DNA from: a virus
Taxonomy: Duplodnaviria; Caudoviricetes
Reading direction: 5' to 3' (one strand)
Length of the DNA stretch: 55,603 nucleotides
IMG/VR virus record: IMGVR_UViG_3300041991_000048
Span: 1 to 55,603 of that record
Shown here in pieces: positions 9,587-19,506 of the stretch. The position numbers were made by a program, and so were the translations under genes. Numbering within the stretch: position 1 is the stretch's first letter; the number at the start of each line of letters is the position of its first letter. Below the pieces are notes generated by a model. That model saw only the letters and a program-made list of their open reading frames with translations, was not told where the DNA came from and ran no database searches.

Positions 9587-10119
9587 CATACGTTTCCTCC
9601 ATCACTGAGGAGCAGATCTTTACTGCACTTCGCAGCTGGCTAATTGATGCTGTTGGTGGTCAAGCAGTCCAAGGCTTCACCAATCGCGTGTCCACTCCCA
9701 AAGGTGGGTTCATTGCGATGTCTGGTCTTGTAAAGCAGACCATGTCTGCCAATCGTCGCGCATTTGTTCAGCCTGTCAATCCATCTACTGTGGGTGAGTG
9801 GAGGAATGAGAAGTCAATAGACTACAACATCCAACTGGATGTCTATGGTCCGACCTCTGGCAACTGGGCAAGCATTCTTGCAGTAGCATTCGCAAGCGAT
9901 CGTGCGTGGTCATTCTTCAACAATCTTCTTCCTGGCCTTGCGCCACTCTACATGGAGGATGCAAGACAGTCCCCAATTGTGACTGGTGAGCAGCAATATG
10001 ACAAACGATGGAGCATTGTTGCTCACATCCAGTTCAATCCCTCAATCACTGATGTCCAGCAATCTGCTGTTGAAGTTGTAGCTGGCATCTTTGATGTCGA
10101 AGCAATCTATCCCGTCTAA
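9583..10119 (+). CDS. Tail terminator / neck protein
   Basis: NRV..P, Q.DVYGP, PLY.ED, EQQY..RW motifs; directly before the sheath gene. Confidence 0.7.
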   Translation: MTYVSSITEEQIFTALRSWLIDAVGGQAVQGFTNRVSTPKGGFIAMSGLVKQTMSANRRAFVQPVNPSTVGEWRNEKSIDYNIQLDVYGPTSGNWASILAVAFASDRAWSFFNNLLPGLAPLYMEDARQSPIVTGEQQYDKRWSIVAHIQFNPSITDVQQSAVEVVAGIFDVEAIYPV

Positions 10120-10128
10120 GGAGCCATC

Positions 10129-11619
10129 ATGACGATTCCTGCATCATCCATCGTCTCGGTCAATCCGAGTGTCCTCAGTGCAGGAGGAAATCCTCTTGCT
10201 CTGAATGGACTGATTCTTTCTCAGAGCGCAGTGCTTCCCAGCCGCAGCGCTCTCTCATTCCCCTCTTCTGCTGCAGTGGCAACCTACTTCGGATCCACCT
10301 CTGTTGAGGCAAAGATGGCATCTGCCTACTTCGCTGGATACAAGGGTGCCACTCAACTTCCCAATGCGCTTCTGTTCTATCGATATGCTGCTGCTGCCAC
10401 TTCTGCATTCCTTCGTGGCGCTCGCAATGTATCCACTCTCGCTGCCCTCAATCTTATCAGCGCAGGCTCGCTGAGTGTGACGGTCGACAATGTGCTGGCG
10501 ACCAGCTCTGCCATCGACCTCAGCCCTGCGACCAGCATGGCCCAGGTCGCCTCGTTGATCGCGACCGCCATTGGGGAAACGGTCACCTACGACACGGATT
10601 TCAATGCCTTCGTAATCACCTCAGGCACCACCGGAGCCACGAGCACGATTACGGAAGCCACTGGGACGGTCGCGACCGCACTTAGCCTTACGTCCGCACT
10701 AGGCGCTGTTCTCTCCCAGGGAGAAGGCCAGACCACTCCGGCTGAGGCCATGGCTGCAGTGGTTCTTGATACCCAGAACTGGGTTTCTTTCTCCACCACA
10801 TTCGAACCAAGCCTTGATGATGCGAAAGCATTCGCCGAGTGGACGAGCTTCACCAATGGCCGATATCTGTTCGCTGCGTGGGATACGGACATCACTGCCA
10901 CTCAGACTCCAAGCTCGTTCGCTGGCCTTGGCAAATATCTCAAGGACAATGATCTGTCTGGAACTGCACTCGTGTGGTATGATCCTGCGCTAGCCGGATT
11001 CTTGATGGGTGCGATCGCCAGCATGGACTTTGGTCGTCGCAATGCGCGCATCACCCTCGCATTCAAGTCCAGTCGTGCTGCCATCGATCAGGTCACCAGC
11101 ATCGCCCAGGTGACTGATCTCACTGTGGCAGAAAACCTCCTGGCCAATGGCTACAACTTCTATGGAGTGTATGCCACTGCCAATGATCAATTCGTCTACT
11201 TCTACAACGGGCAGATCTCTGGCGAATACAATTTCATTGACTCCTACGTGAATGCGATTTGGTTTACGAATCAGTGCCAGCTCGCACTGATGGACCTTCT
11301 CACCAATGTTGGCTCCATCCCATACAATCCGTCTGGCTATGGTCTCATCAAGGCTGCGCTTCAAGATCCGATCAATCAGGCTTTGAATTTCGGAGCCATG
11401 AGGGCTGGTGTCAGCCTTTCTGCCTCGCAGACTGCTCAGGTCAACTCTGCTGCTGGCGTTGACATCAGCGATACTCTTTCTGCTCGTGGCTGGTATGTCC
11501 AGGTGCTGGATCCTGGCGCCCAGGCTCGTGCGGCAAGAACCTCTCCGAACTGCACCGTCTGGTATATGGACGGACAGGCTGTTCAGAAAATCACCGTCGC
11601 CAGCATTGACGTTCTGTAA
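10129..11619 (+). CDS. Contractile tail sheath protein (DUF3383 family)
   Basis: IPAS.IV.V.P.VL.AGG, YFG..S.E, NW..F, AFK, GYNFYG.YAT, IPY...G, R.AR.SP motifs. Confidence 0.9.
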   Translation: MTIPASSIVSVNPSVLSAGGNPLALNGLILSQSAVLPSRSALSFPSSAAVATYFGSTSVEAKMASAYFAGYKGATQLPNALLFYRYAAAATSAFLRGARNVSTLAALNLISAGSLSVTVDNVLATSSAIDLSPATSMAQVASLIATAIGETVTYDTDFNAFVITSGTTGATSTITEATGTVATALSLTSALGAVLSQGEGQTTPAEAMAAVVLDTQNWVSFSTTFEPSLDDAKAFAEWTSFTNGRYLFAAWDTDITATQTPSSFAGLGKYLKDNDLSGTALVWYDPALAGFLMGAIASMDFGRRNARITLAFKSSRAAIDQVTSIAQVTDLTVAENLLANGYNFYGVYATANDQFVYFYNGQISGEYNFIDSYVNAIWFTNQCQLALMDLLTNVGSIPYNPSGYGLIKAALQDPINQALNFGAMRAGVSLSASQTAQVNSAAGVDISDTLSARGWYVQVLDPGAQARAARTSPNCTVWYMDGQAVQKITVASIDVL

Positions 11620-11630
11620 GGAGAACAACC

Positions 11631-12074
11631 ATGGCCACCGCACCGCGAACCATCACTGCTTCCAATTCTGTTTTCACTCTCACCATCCCAGGCCTGTATC
11701 CAACTCCCATTCAGCTTGATGGCTATGCTGCGGACTCTGCGTTCGCAGTTGAGTCCGTCAACTCTGCAGAAACTCACATGGGCGTTGATGGTCAGATGAG
11801 CGCTGGCTATGTCTTCAATGCGATCAAGATGAAGATCAACTTGGAGGCTGATAGCTGGAGCTGTGACATCTTTGAGCGCTGGTATGATACTCAGCGCGCC
11901 AACAAGGAGATCATGTTCGCTGATGCGACCATCGACATTCCTGCCACTGGCAAGAGTTATGTTTGCACCAAGGGAGTGCTTTCTAGCTTCAAGCCCATTC
12001 CTGACGCAAAGAAAACTCTTGGCGCCATGGAATTTGAAATCACCTGGGAATCCATCACCAAGAACTTCTTCTAA
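11631..12074 (+). CDS. Tail tube protein (DUF3277-like)
   Basis: TITA.N, L.GYA.D, MGVDG..SAG, L.ADS motifs; follows the sheath gene. Confidence 0.85.
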   Translation: MATAPRTITASNSVFTLTIPGLYPTPIQLDGYAADSAFAVESVNSAETHMGVDGQMSAGYVFNAIKMKINLEADSWSCDIFERWYDTQRANKEIMFADATIDIPATGKSYVCTKGVLSSFKPIPDAKKTLGAMEFEITWESITKNFF

Positions 12075-12089
12075 AAGGACACAACGGAA

Positions 12090-12548
12090 ATGGCACGCAA
12101 AACAATCACCGTCGAGATCAGCAAAGAAGGTCGGGACTTGGGAAAGAGGTTTCTCATAACTGAGATGCCTGCCACCAAAGCAGAGAAGTGGGCAGCTCGT
12201 GCCCTCAATGCGTTGCTTGCCAGCGGCATCCAAATCTCTGATCAGGCTGCATCTGCTGGCATGCGCGGTCTTGCGGCCGCAGTGTCGCAAGGCCTGTCTG
12301 GGTTCACAGGTCTGCCCTGGAATCTCGTGGAGCCTCTGCTCGATGAGATGATGGACTGTGTCCAGGTGCTTCCCAATCCTAGCAATCCTGGGATCATGCG
12401 ACCTCTGATCGAGCAAGACATTGAAGAGGTTGTCACGCGATTGACTCTGCGCAATGCGTGGCTGGAGCTGCACATTGGTTTTTCGTTTGCCGCCGAGTCC
12501 CCGACCTCGGCCTCGGTGGCGGGAAGTGCGGACCGTTCGAATACATAA
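12090..12548 (+). CDS. Tail assembly chaperone (G form)
   Basis: GRD.GK.F.ITEM.A..AE.WA.RA and DIEEV.T...LR motifs; between tube and tape measure genes. Confidence 0.8.
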   Translation: MARKTITVEISKEGRDLGKRFLITEMPATKAEKWAARALNALLASGIQISDQAASAGMRGLAAAVSQGLSGFTGLPWNLVEPLLDEMMDCVQVLPNPSNPGIMRPLIEQDIEEVVTRLTLRNAWLELHIGFSFAAESPTSASVAGSADRSNT

Positions 12549-12697
12549 ACACTCCGATCTATCTTGGAGTGATCATTTCAAGACGATTGGCGACCCTTCA
12601 TGAACTAGATACCGTGTATGGGATTGAAGACGCCTACAACCTCCTTGAGATCATCGCAGTTGACAATGCCAATGAAAGAGAAGCAACGAAGGAATAG
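12090..12697 (+). CDS. Tail assembly chaperone GT form via predicted -1 frameshift at GGTTTTT (12477-12483)
   Basis: -1 frame encodes the conserved LATLHELDTVYG.ED.Y.LLEI segment with no clear start of its own; 9-bp stem at 12489-12520 follows the slippery run. Confidence 0.65.
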
Positions 12698-12705
12698 GGA
12701 GTGAC

Positions 12706-14277
12706 ATGGCCACGGTAATCGACGCATTCCTAGTCACCCTGGGTCTTGACCCGAAAGAATTTGACAAGGCAATTAAGCAAGTCATAAATGATCAGGATAA
12801 GCTCCGCAAGGAGTCTGAGAAAACTGCAGAGCACATGCAGGAGCAGGGAGATCGAGCTTCCCTCTACTATGGGAAGCTGATCTCTGCTGCCACTCAATTG
12901 TTTGCGTTTCTTGCTGCTGGCACCTCGCTGAAGTCCTTCATTCAAGATGAGACGCAAGCAGAGATTGAAGCATCAAGGCTTGCCAAGACTCTTCGCGTCA
13001 ACATCGAGACGCTTGGGGCTTGGCAGAACGCAGCAGTGATTGCTGGCGGCTCTGCAGAATCTTTTAACCAGTCAATCAAAGCCATCAACACTAACTTCAA
13101 TGGCTTTGGAAGTCGTCGCGATCCGATCAACATGTTGACGCAGATCGCCGACAAGATGCAGCGCATGAATGATTTTCATGCAATGCGCTATGGGACCAGC
13201 ATCGGACTCGACGAGCACACCGTCCGGCTACTTCAGCGTGGTGCTGATGGCGTCAACAAGCTCGTTGAAGAGGGGAAAGCTCTTGGAGTTGTGACGCAGA
13301 AGCAGGCAGATGATGCCAAAGAGCTTGATGAAGTTCAGCGTCGCATCTCAATCTCAGGCCAAGAGATTGGCCGAACAATCATGCACATGCTCATGCCTGC
13401 GCTCAAGATTTTTGCCAATGGTGTAATGGCGATCAGCAATTGGGCAAGACAGCATAGCCAAGTTGTGAAAGCTGCATTCATTGGCATTGCCGCAGCAATC
13501 ACCATTCTTGGAGTCCAAGCTGCAATTGCGGCAGTATCCATGTTGCCAATCACGCTCACAGTGCTGGCAATCGCAGCTGCTGTAGCACTGGTGGCCGCAG
13601 GCATCACCTGGCTCTATCTTGAATGGAAGAAATGGACCTCTGGAGGCGCATCCTCCATGGCGAAATTCTTCACATTCGTAATGGGCATTTGGGACAAAAT
13701 AAAAAATTACGTCACTACCGTCTTCAATGTCATTTGGCAGACAGTCAAAGACTACATCGATGCAGTGAAGGCATACTTCCAGCTGTTCTGGGCACTCATC
13801 ACCTTTGATGGCGCTGGCGTGAAAGATGCGTGGGAGAAATTGACCACTGCTCTTGGCCGGATCATGAAGCGCCTGTTCAACTACTTGCTATATGAACTCG
13901 GCTTCTTGCTGAGCGTGCTGGTAGAGGCATGGGACGCTGCGTGGACCAAGATGAAGAACATTGCCAAGGATGTGATGGAGTCGGTCATGAAGTGGTGGAG
14001 AGAGTTGAATCCTGCGATCAGGACGCTGCTCACTGTTGCACCTGTGACCAGTGGATTCGCAATGGGAATGAATTACCTTTCGTCTGAGCCAAAAAGCTCT
14101 GCTGCCATTCGGCCCTCATCAATAAGCACTTCCACTACTGGAGACACACGCAGCATCCAAATCAATGAGATCAACGTCAATGCTCCGCAGGCAACTGATG
14201 CGCAAGGCATCGCAAGCAGCATGGGCGACGCTCTCAAGAAAGAAGACCTAATCGCAAGCACAGACTCAGGATCTTGA
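12706..14277 (+). CDS. Tape measure protein
   Basis: MATVID.FLVTLGLD start; helical, Ala/Trp-periodic sequence with hydrophobic stretch; position. Confidence 0.85.
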   Translation: MATVIDAFLVTLGLDPKEFDKAIKQVINDQDKLRKESEKTAEHMQEQGDRASLYYGKLISAATQLFAFLAAGTSLKSFIQDETQAEIEASRLAKTLRVNIETLGAWQNAAVIAGGSAESFNQSIKAINTNFNGFGSRRDPINMLTQIADKMQRMNDFHAMRYGTSIGLDEHTVRLLQRGADGVNKLVEEGKALGVVTQKQADDAKELDEVQRRISISGQEIGRTIMHMLMPALKIFANGVMAISNWARQHSQVVKAAFIGIAAAITILGVQAAIAAVSMLPITLTVLAIAAAVALVAAGITWLYLEWKKWTSGGASSMAKFFTFVMGIWDKIKNYVTTVFNVIWQTVKDYIDAVKAYFQLFWALITFDGAGVKDAWEKLTTALGRIMKRLFNYLLYELGFLLSVLVEAWDAAWTKMKNIAKDVMESVMKWWRELNPAIRTLLTVAPVTSGFAMGMNYLSSEPKSSAAIRPSSISTSTTGDTRSIQINEINVNAPQATDAQGIASSMGDALKKEDLIASTDSGS

Positions 14278-14278
14278 C

Positions 14279-14818
14279 ATGGGAATCTACGACAACAGTT
14301 GGGGCATCTATACTCAAACAGTTCAGAAGGTGTTTGACATTGATAGCCTGATTGATCTTCGCTATGAAAATGGCGGACGCGTTAGTGACTTCCCTATCGA
14401 GAAGGGAAGTTTTGTTAGCTACAACAAAGTGTCCTCGCCATTCAGAGCCAAGGTGAGAGCCTCTGTTGGTGGAAGCAAGGATCGCATCGCAGCATTCATC
14501 TCCGCGCTCGATGAGATCGTCAAGGACACAAAACTCTACATCATCATCACGCCAGAGAAGATCTATCTAAATGTCAATGTGGAATACATTTCATATTCTC
14601 GATCATGCCAGAGAGGATACAATCTCATCATGGCAGACATTAGCATCAAAGAGATTCGCCAAGTCGCTCCTCAGTATGCTGCGGTGAAAAGAGCTGCGAG
14701 CAAAAAGAAGATCGACACAGGAAAGAATCAGACACAGAAGCCTCCTCCTGATCTTGTCAATGTTGATGCCAAGACTGCTTTCCTTCAAGGATTCAGACGA
14801 CAAGTGGGAGGAGCCTGA
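14279..14818 (+). CDS. Baseplate / tail tube initiator (Dit-like) protein
   Basis: WGIY, SDFPIE.GSF.SYNKV..P, TPE..Y motifs. Confidence 0.75.
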   Translation: MGIYDNSWGIYTQTVQKVFDIDSLIDLRYENGGRVSDFPIEKGSFVSYNKVSSPFRAKVRASVGGSKDRIAAFISALDEIVKDTKLYIIITPEKIYLNVNVEYISYSRSCQRGYNLIMADISIKEIRQVAPQYAAVKRAASKKKIDTGKNQTQKPPPDLVNVDAKTAFLQGFRRQVGGA

Positions 14819-16017
14819 TGCTCTACTGTAGCTTGATCTCTGATGGCATTGAGCGATGGAATGGCGTGCCATGTTTGAATGGCGTCAACATCAATTCTGC
14901 TGAGTATCTTGACTTTGAAGGAGCATTGGTCTTTCTCGACACGATGGGAACTTCAGATCCAGACTACACAGGCCTGTCGTCTCGCTTTGTTCTGCTATAC
15001 ATCGTCGATGGTCAAGATAATGTCCAGATCCCACTGCAAGACTTGCCATACCAAGAGCAGAGTATCATTCTCAATGATCAGAACTGCGTCATAACCTTTC
15101 AGCACAAAGACACGATCCCCCTAGAGAAGCAGACGACTCATGTCACTATCTTTGCTCCTGCTTCTGCCCTCGTGACGGATGTTCTTGCTGCTTCTGCCTC
15201 ACCAGTCATGTCATCCTACCTTTGGTCAATCACCAATGGGACGATTCTGTCAGGGCAAGGGACTGCGACAATCACATACCAGGCGTCCTCTGTTGCTCCT
15301 GTCATCCTTAGTCTCTATGCACTCATGCCACAAGGTGGGGAAACTAGCGCCACTGCCACTACCCAGATCTATGGGCCTGCAAGCTTCGCAATCTCTGCTC
15401 CTGAATATGTTTGGGCAGGCGAGTTCGACATCCACGTCTCAGTGCCGTATTCCGGCTCGGGATTCTCGTGGTCTCCTTCTGGTGGCGTGAGAGTTCTTGG
15501 CGATCCAACTAGCAATGCTACCACAATTGACATTGGCAAAGCCGGAATGCCTGCAGTCCTTGCTGCGACAGTCAATGGCCTGGCGATCACTGTCTGGAAT
15601 TTCAAAGTGGTTCCGTTCACCAGTGGTATCGTTTACACCAGCAATGTGATTGAGGCTGGTGGCTTTGAGGACTTCACCATTGAGCTCGGATGGCAATACC
15701 AAATCCACAATATGGCCACTGACTACCCGGCCCTTGTTCGCGTTTATCAGACAGCTGCCGCCCGTACCGCTGACGCGGGCCGTGATGTCCTCTCCGACCC
15801 CAACGTTGACCCAAGTGATGCCTCCGTGATAGTGTTTGAAGGGGAGACTGCTTCGGATCTTCTCTCGTTTGCTCTGACGCATTCAGCAATTGGGACCAAC
15901 GGTGATACACCAAGGCTCAAGACGGCATACTGCAGGATCTTTAACAGAGGCGAATCATTCTCCATCATTAACCTGACGCTCACTCGGACTGAACTCCAAG
16001 CGTCCAACTCCTTCTGA
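14818..16017 (+). CDS. Circularly permuted baseplate plug-like domain fused to Ig-like/beta domains
   Basis: CLN.V....Y..F.G.L.F.DT.G..DP.Y.GL.SRF.L.Y comes before IPLQ..P.Q....L..QNC.IT; followed by Y.WSITNGTI.SGQGT.TI Ig/PKD-like repeats. Confidence 0.6.
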   Translation: MLYCSLISDGIERWNGVPCLNGVNINSAEYLDFEGALVFLDTMGTSDPDYTGLSSRFVLLYIVDGQDNVQIPLQDLPYQEQSIILNDQNCVITFQHKDTIPLEKQTTHVTIFAPASALVTDVLAASASPVMSSYLWSITNGTILSGQGTATITYQASSVAPVILSLYALMPQGGETSATATTQIYGPASFAISAPEYVWAGEFDIHVSVPYSGSGFSWSPSGGVRVLGDPTSNATTIDIGKAGMPAVLAATVNGLAITVWNFKVVPFTSGIVYTSNVIEAGGFEDFTIELGWQYQIHNMATDYPALVRVYQTAAARTADAGRDVLSDPNVDPSDASVIVFEGETASDLLSFALTHSAIGTNGDTPRLKTAYCRIFNRGESFSIINLTLTRTELQASNSF

Positions 16018-16025
16018 GGTTCACA

Positions 16026-17588
16026 ATGTCAACTTTCCTGAAGAATGAAGCCTTCGCGGTTCCTCCTGGGACGACTCAGGCAGTGATCCAGTCCACCATT
16101 GACGGGAAACTTACTGCTCAGGGCTGGCAGAGGGTGACCCACGACACAACCAACTTCATTAGTGACTTTATCCCTCCTGTCAGCGAAACGATCGGCGACG
16201 GGAAGTGGAGGCAACACCTCCGCATTTATTACAACACTGCCGACATCTCATTCAGCATGTATGACTATCCCGTGACAGATGCTGCAGCTCAGCAATATCG
16301 ACTGTGGTCCAAGACTGCTGGGGCAGTCTCACTGTCAGTCCAGATCGGCAGCGAGACTGTTACTTATGCTGGCACATCTGGCAGCACTGCCAATGACAAT
16401 CTATATGGCCTGTTCGTTGCGTTGAAGGCCAGTGTGGCCGCAGACGTCACTGAGTGGAATATCACGTATCTTCCAGGGACCTTCACCAGTGGGACTGTGG
16501 ACGCAATTTTCTTTGAACGGAAGACGATCACTGGGACGATCCAGACATTCACTCCGAATGCTAATGTTAACGGCAACACACAGAACGACCCTGTTCTCGC
16601 AAGCACGCCATCTGCTGGAAGTCTAGCAGGGGCTCTGGTTGGTAAGTATGCTGCCACCATTGATCGTTCAAATGGCTTTTATGTCTACATGAGCATCTTC
16701 TCAAGGACAGCCATTATAAGCATCAAGACGATCTCGAATTGTTTTGGTCCGATGTTTGCCACCTGGCAGGTAAATGCGGATGCTATTGCAGCACTACCTC
16801 CAAAACCGAGTTGGATGTCCAACAACCCATGTCGCATCATCGAGGGCTCGTGGGGCTATGTGAATGGGACGGCTGCTCAACCTGCTGAAACATACGGAGT
16901 TCGATTTTCAAATTTGTATATGCTCAACACGGTGTGGAATTATGTTACCAGCACTGCGAACCTTATCATCGCAGGCAACTTTAATGCGGCAGGTGGCGGT
17001 GGGACTATTCCAGGCATCATGAACAGTGTTCAAATGAATGGCCACTACTTAAATAATACTGACACCCACACTAGCTCACCAGTTGGTGTTTTTGCGGGAA
17101 CCAATGATCAAAGTTCTGTGGGGCTTTTTGATGTGCTTGGCTGTGTGGTTAATCCAGTTGCCTTCACTCCTATAAATGGAAACTATTATCTAGGGAGAAA
17201 GGGTCGCATTATTGGATTTCCTCTCGATGATGTTTATGCTGCAGCTTTTTACAACACCGACGTTAACGAAGTCACTTGTGTCGCAGGCATCAAAAACTCG
17301 ACAGCTTACACGCTGCAGCAGGCCCTCGACAATTCCTCGACGTATGCGACTGTCCTTCTCAACACCACCACAGGGCTTGCTGCTGATGGGTATGTCACGC
17401 TTGGTCAGGAGGTCTTCAAATACACAGGCCTGTCAGGAGGCAACACCCTGACTGGTGTGACTCGCGCATACAACTCTACGCCTTTGCGCTACCACTATGT
17501 TGGTGACGAGATTCTCCAGGGCGTCTGGTTCATCAAGATCAATGGCGGATACATGTATTCTGGATTCGCCCAGCCTGTCGCGAGTTAA
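16026..17588 (+). CDS. Putative tail tip / receptor-binding structural protein
   Basis: T/S/G/N-rich beta protein inside the baseplate operon; C-terminal E.F.YTG....TLTGVTR domain resembling the N-terminus of ORF 80. Confidence 0.55.
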   Translation: MSTFLKNEAFAVPPGTTQAVIQSTIDGKLTAQGWQRVTHDTTNFISDFIPPVSETIGDGKWRQHLRIYYNTADISFSMYDYPVTDAAAQQYRLWSKTAGAVSLSVQIGSETVTYAGTSGSTANDNLYGLFVALKASVAADVTEWNITYLPGTFTSGTVDAIFFERKTITGTIQTFTPNANVNGNTQNDPVLASTPSAGSLAGALVGKYAATIDRSNGFYVYMSIFSRTAIISIKTISNCFGPMFATWQVNADAIAALPPKPSWMSNNPCRIIEGSWGYVNGTAAQPAETYGVRFSNLYMLNTVWNYVTSTANLIIAGNFNAAGGGGTIPGIMNSVQMNGHYLNNTDTHTSSPVGVFAGTNDQSSVGLFDVLGCVVNPVAFTPINGNYYLGRKGRIIGFPLDDVYAAAFYNTDVNEVTCVAGIKNSTAYTLQQALDNSSTYATVLLNTTTGLAADGYVTLGQEVFKYTGLSGGNTLTGVTRAYNSTPLRYHYVGDEILQGVWFIKINGGYMYSGFAQPVAS

Positions 17589-17591
17589 GTC

Positions 17592-17975
17592 ATGGCAGCT
17601 CCTGTTCCAAATCTCACATTCCCAGCAAAGAGGCTCCTATCAATTCAGCTGGATGATGGCCTCCTCTCTTCAACTCGTGTCGTGGCAGAAAGCGACGCGA
17701 CCAAGGCTTCCTTCTTGGTTGCTTTGGTTCCTCGCGTGCTTACTCCTCGCATGTTCTATCCTGCGTTGGCGCTCCTTGCAATAACAAATGACACGAAGCT
17801 GAAAGCACCCCTAAAGAAAATCAACTCCAGACTTGCCACGATCAGCATCTTTGCAGTGAAGAGAATCTCATCATTCCCAGTCCCATACTTCTCTCGCATT
17901 CTCATTACCACACGACCCGTCAAGGGCACCCTCTGGCCTCGTCTCGACAAGTTTGGCACACTACAGGATCCATAA
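17592..17975 (+). CDS. Hypothetical protein in baseplate operon
   Basis: Fills the gap between neighbours and is translationally coupled to the hub gene. Confidence 0.5.
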   Translation: MAAPVPNLTFPAKRLLSIQLDDGLLSSTRVVAESDATKASFLVALVPRVLTPRMFYPALALLAITNDTKLKAPLKKINSRLATISIFAVKRISSFPVPYFSRILITTRPVKGTLWPRLDKFGTLQDP

Positions 17976-18841
17976 TGGCTGACTCCTTTTCAAAGAAGAA
18001 ACTGGTAGCCGCCCTCACGCTTGTGAGCAAGACCTTCGATGGCAAGAACAACACCAAGGTCATCGAAGGTTTGCGCATGAATGCTGAGATCAGGAAGGAG
18101 GGCCTACCTGCGAAGGGCACCATGAACCTGACCATCTATGGCATGACAGAGTCAGACATGAATGCGCTCACCACGCTATCCTTCGCACCCATGCGCATCA
18201 GCTACAACAAGATCCGGCTCATGGCAGGTGACGACTCAGGAATGTCAGTTGCATTCCAAGGAGAGATCGTCACTGCGAATGCCAACTACAGCTCTGCGCC
18301 GGATTTGTCTTTTAAGATTTCTGCGGCAGAAGGCTACTACTCCTCAATCGCAACAAGCCTACCGAAAGGATTCAAGGGTGGTGCTTCTGTTGACACCATC
18401 ATGCGAACTCTCGCAACCGAGATGGGGTATGCGTTCGAGAACAATGGCGTGGTATCTGTCCTGTCGAATCCTTACTTGGTTGGCTCTGCAATGAATCAGG
18501 CTGCATCAGTTGCTGCGGCCGCAGACATTGAGTTTGAGATTGATGATGGCGTGATGTTCATCGCGCCAAAGAACAAACCTCGCATTGGCTTCGCACCGCT
18601 CATCAGTCCTGAGACTGGACTCAAAGGCTATCCGACATTTGATAAGAATGGATTGGCACTCCAGTGCCTCTACAATCCCAATTTGAAATTGGGCGGATCG
18701 TATGTGCTCAAGTCTTCCGTCCCTGTTGCCAATGGGACCTGGAGAATCCATGGCATCAGCCACAACCTTGCTAGCGAGGATCCTGGTGGATCTTGGCTCA
18801 CATCAATCAAATCGTGTCCATTTGGATTGGGACTGCTATGA
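17975..18841 (+). CDS. Baseplate hub protein
   Basis: L.IYGM...MN.L, AGD, FENNGV...L.NPY..GS, S..TGL.GYP motifs. Confidence 0.8.
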   Translation: MADSFSKKKLVAALTLVSKTFDGKNNTKVIEGLRMNAEIRKEGLPAKGTMNLTIYGMTESDMNALTTLSFAPMRISYNKIRLMAGDDSGMSVAFQGEIVTANANYSSAPDLSFKISAAEGYYSSIATSLPKGFKGGASVDTIMRTLATEMGYAFENNGVVSVLSNPYLVGSAMNQAASVAAAADIEFEIDDGVMFIAPKNKPRIGFAPLISPETGLKGYPTFDKNGLALQCLYNPNLKLGGSYVLKSSVPVANGTWRIHGISHNLASEDPGGSWLTSIKSCPFGLGLL

Positions 18842-19506
18842 AGGCTGATGGTTATCTCCCACAGAGCAAACCAAGCACACGCAACAGTCCTGTGAATGCT
18901 CTGATGTTCATGGTGAGCCAGATGATGGCACAGATGAATGTCGCAGCACTGGTGCAGGTTGTTGGTGTCAGTGTAAAGACAAAGACATCTCCTGCTGGCA
19001 CTGTTGACGTCAAATGTCTCGTGACTCAAGTTGATGGTGATGGCAAGGTAATCCCCAATGATGTCATCTACAACATTCCATTCTTCAGGCTTCAGGGCGG
19101 AGTCAATGCAGTGATTGTTGACCCTGTTGTTGGTGACACTGGCTTCTGCGTGTTCGCTGATCGAGATAGTAGCCTGGCGAAGATTGCAGGCACCATGTCT
19201 CCTCCTGGGTCAAAGAGGCGATTCAGTTTTGCAGATGGCCTCTACATTGGCGGATGGAGCGTGAAGGTTCCGCCAATCAACTACATCATCATCAACAATG
19301 ACGGGATGGAATTAGTCAGTCCTGTTGGCATTGATGCGAAGACTTCAAAATTCACAATCACTGGTGATCTTCATATCATTGGAAAGGTGACTGGCACTGA
19401 TACGGCAACATTCGCAGGAGACGTTGAAGGCGCAGGAACTTCTTTGCATACTCATGTTCACTCTGGAGTAACATCTGGAGGAAGCAACACAGGAGTGCCG
19501 GTATGA
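18838..19506 (+). CDS. Central spike (gp138/gpV-like)
   Basis: P.FRLQGG..A.I.DP.VGD.G, DRD, R.F..ADG.Y.GG; C-terminal HTHVHSGV metal-binding tip. Confidence 0.85.
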   Translation: MKADGYLPQSKPSTRNSPVNALMFMVSQMMAQMNVAALVQVVGVSVKTKTSPAGTVDVKCLVTQVDGDGKVIPNDVIYNIPFFRLQGGVNAVIVDPVVGDTGFCVFADRDSSLAKIAGTMSPPGSKRRFSFADGLYIGGWSVKVPPINYIIINNDGMELVSPVGIDAKTSKFTITGDLHIIGKVTGTDTATFAGDVEGAGTSLHTHVHSGVTSGGSNTGVPV

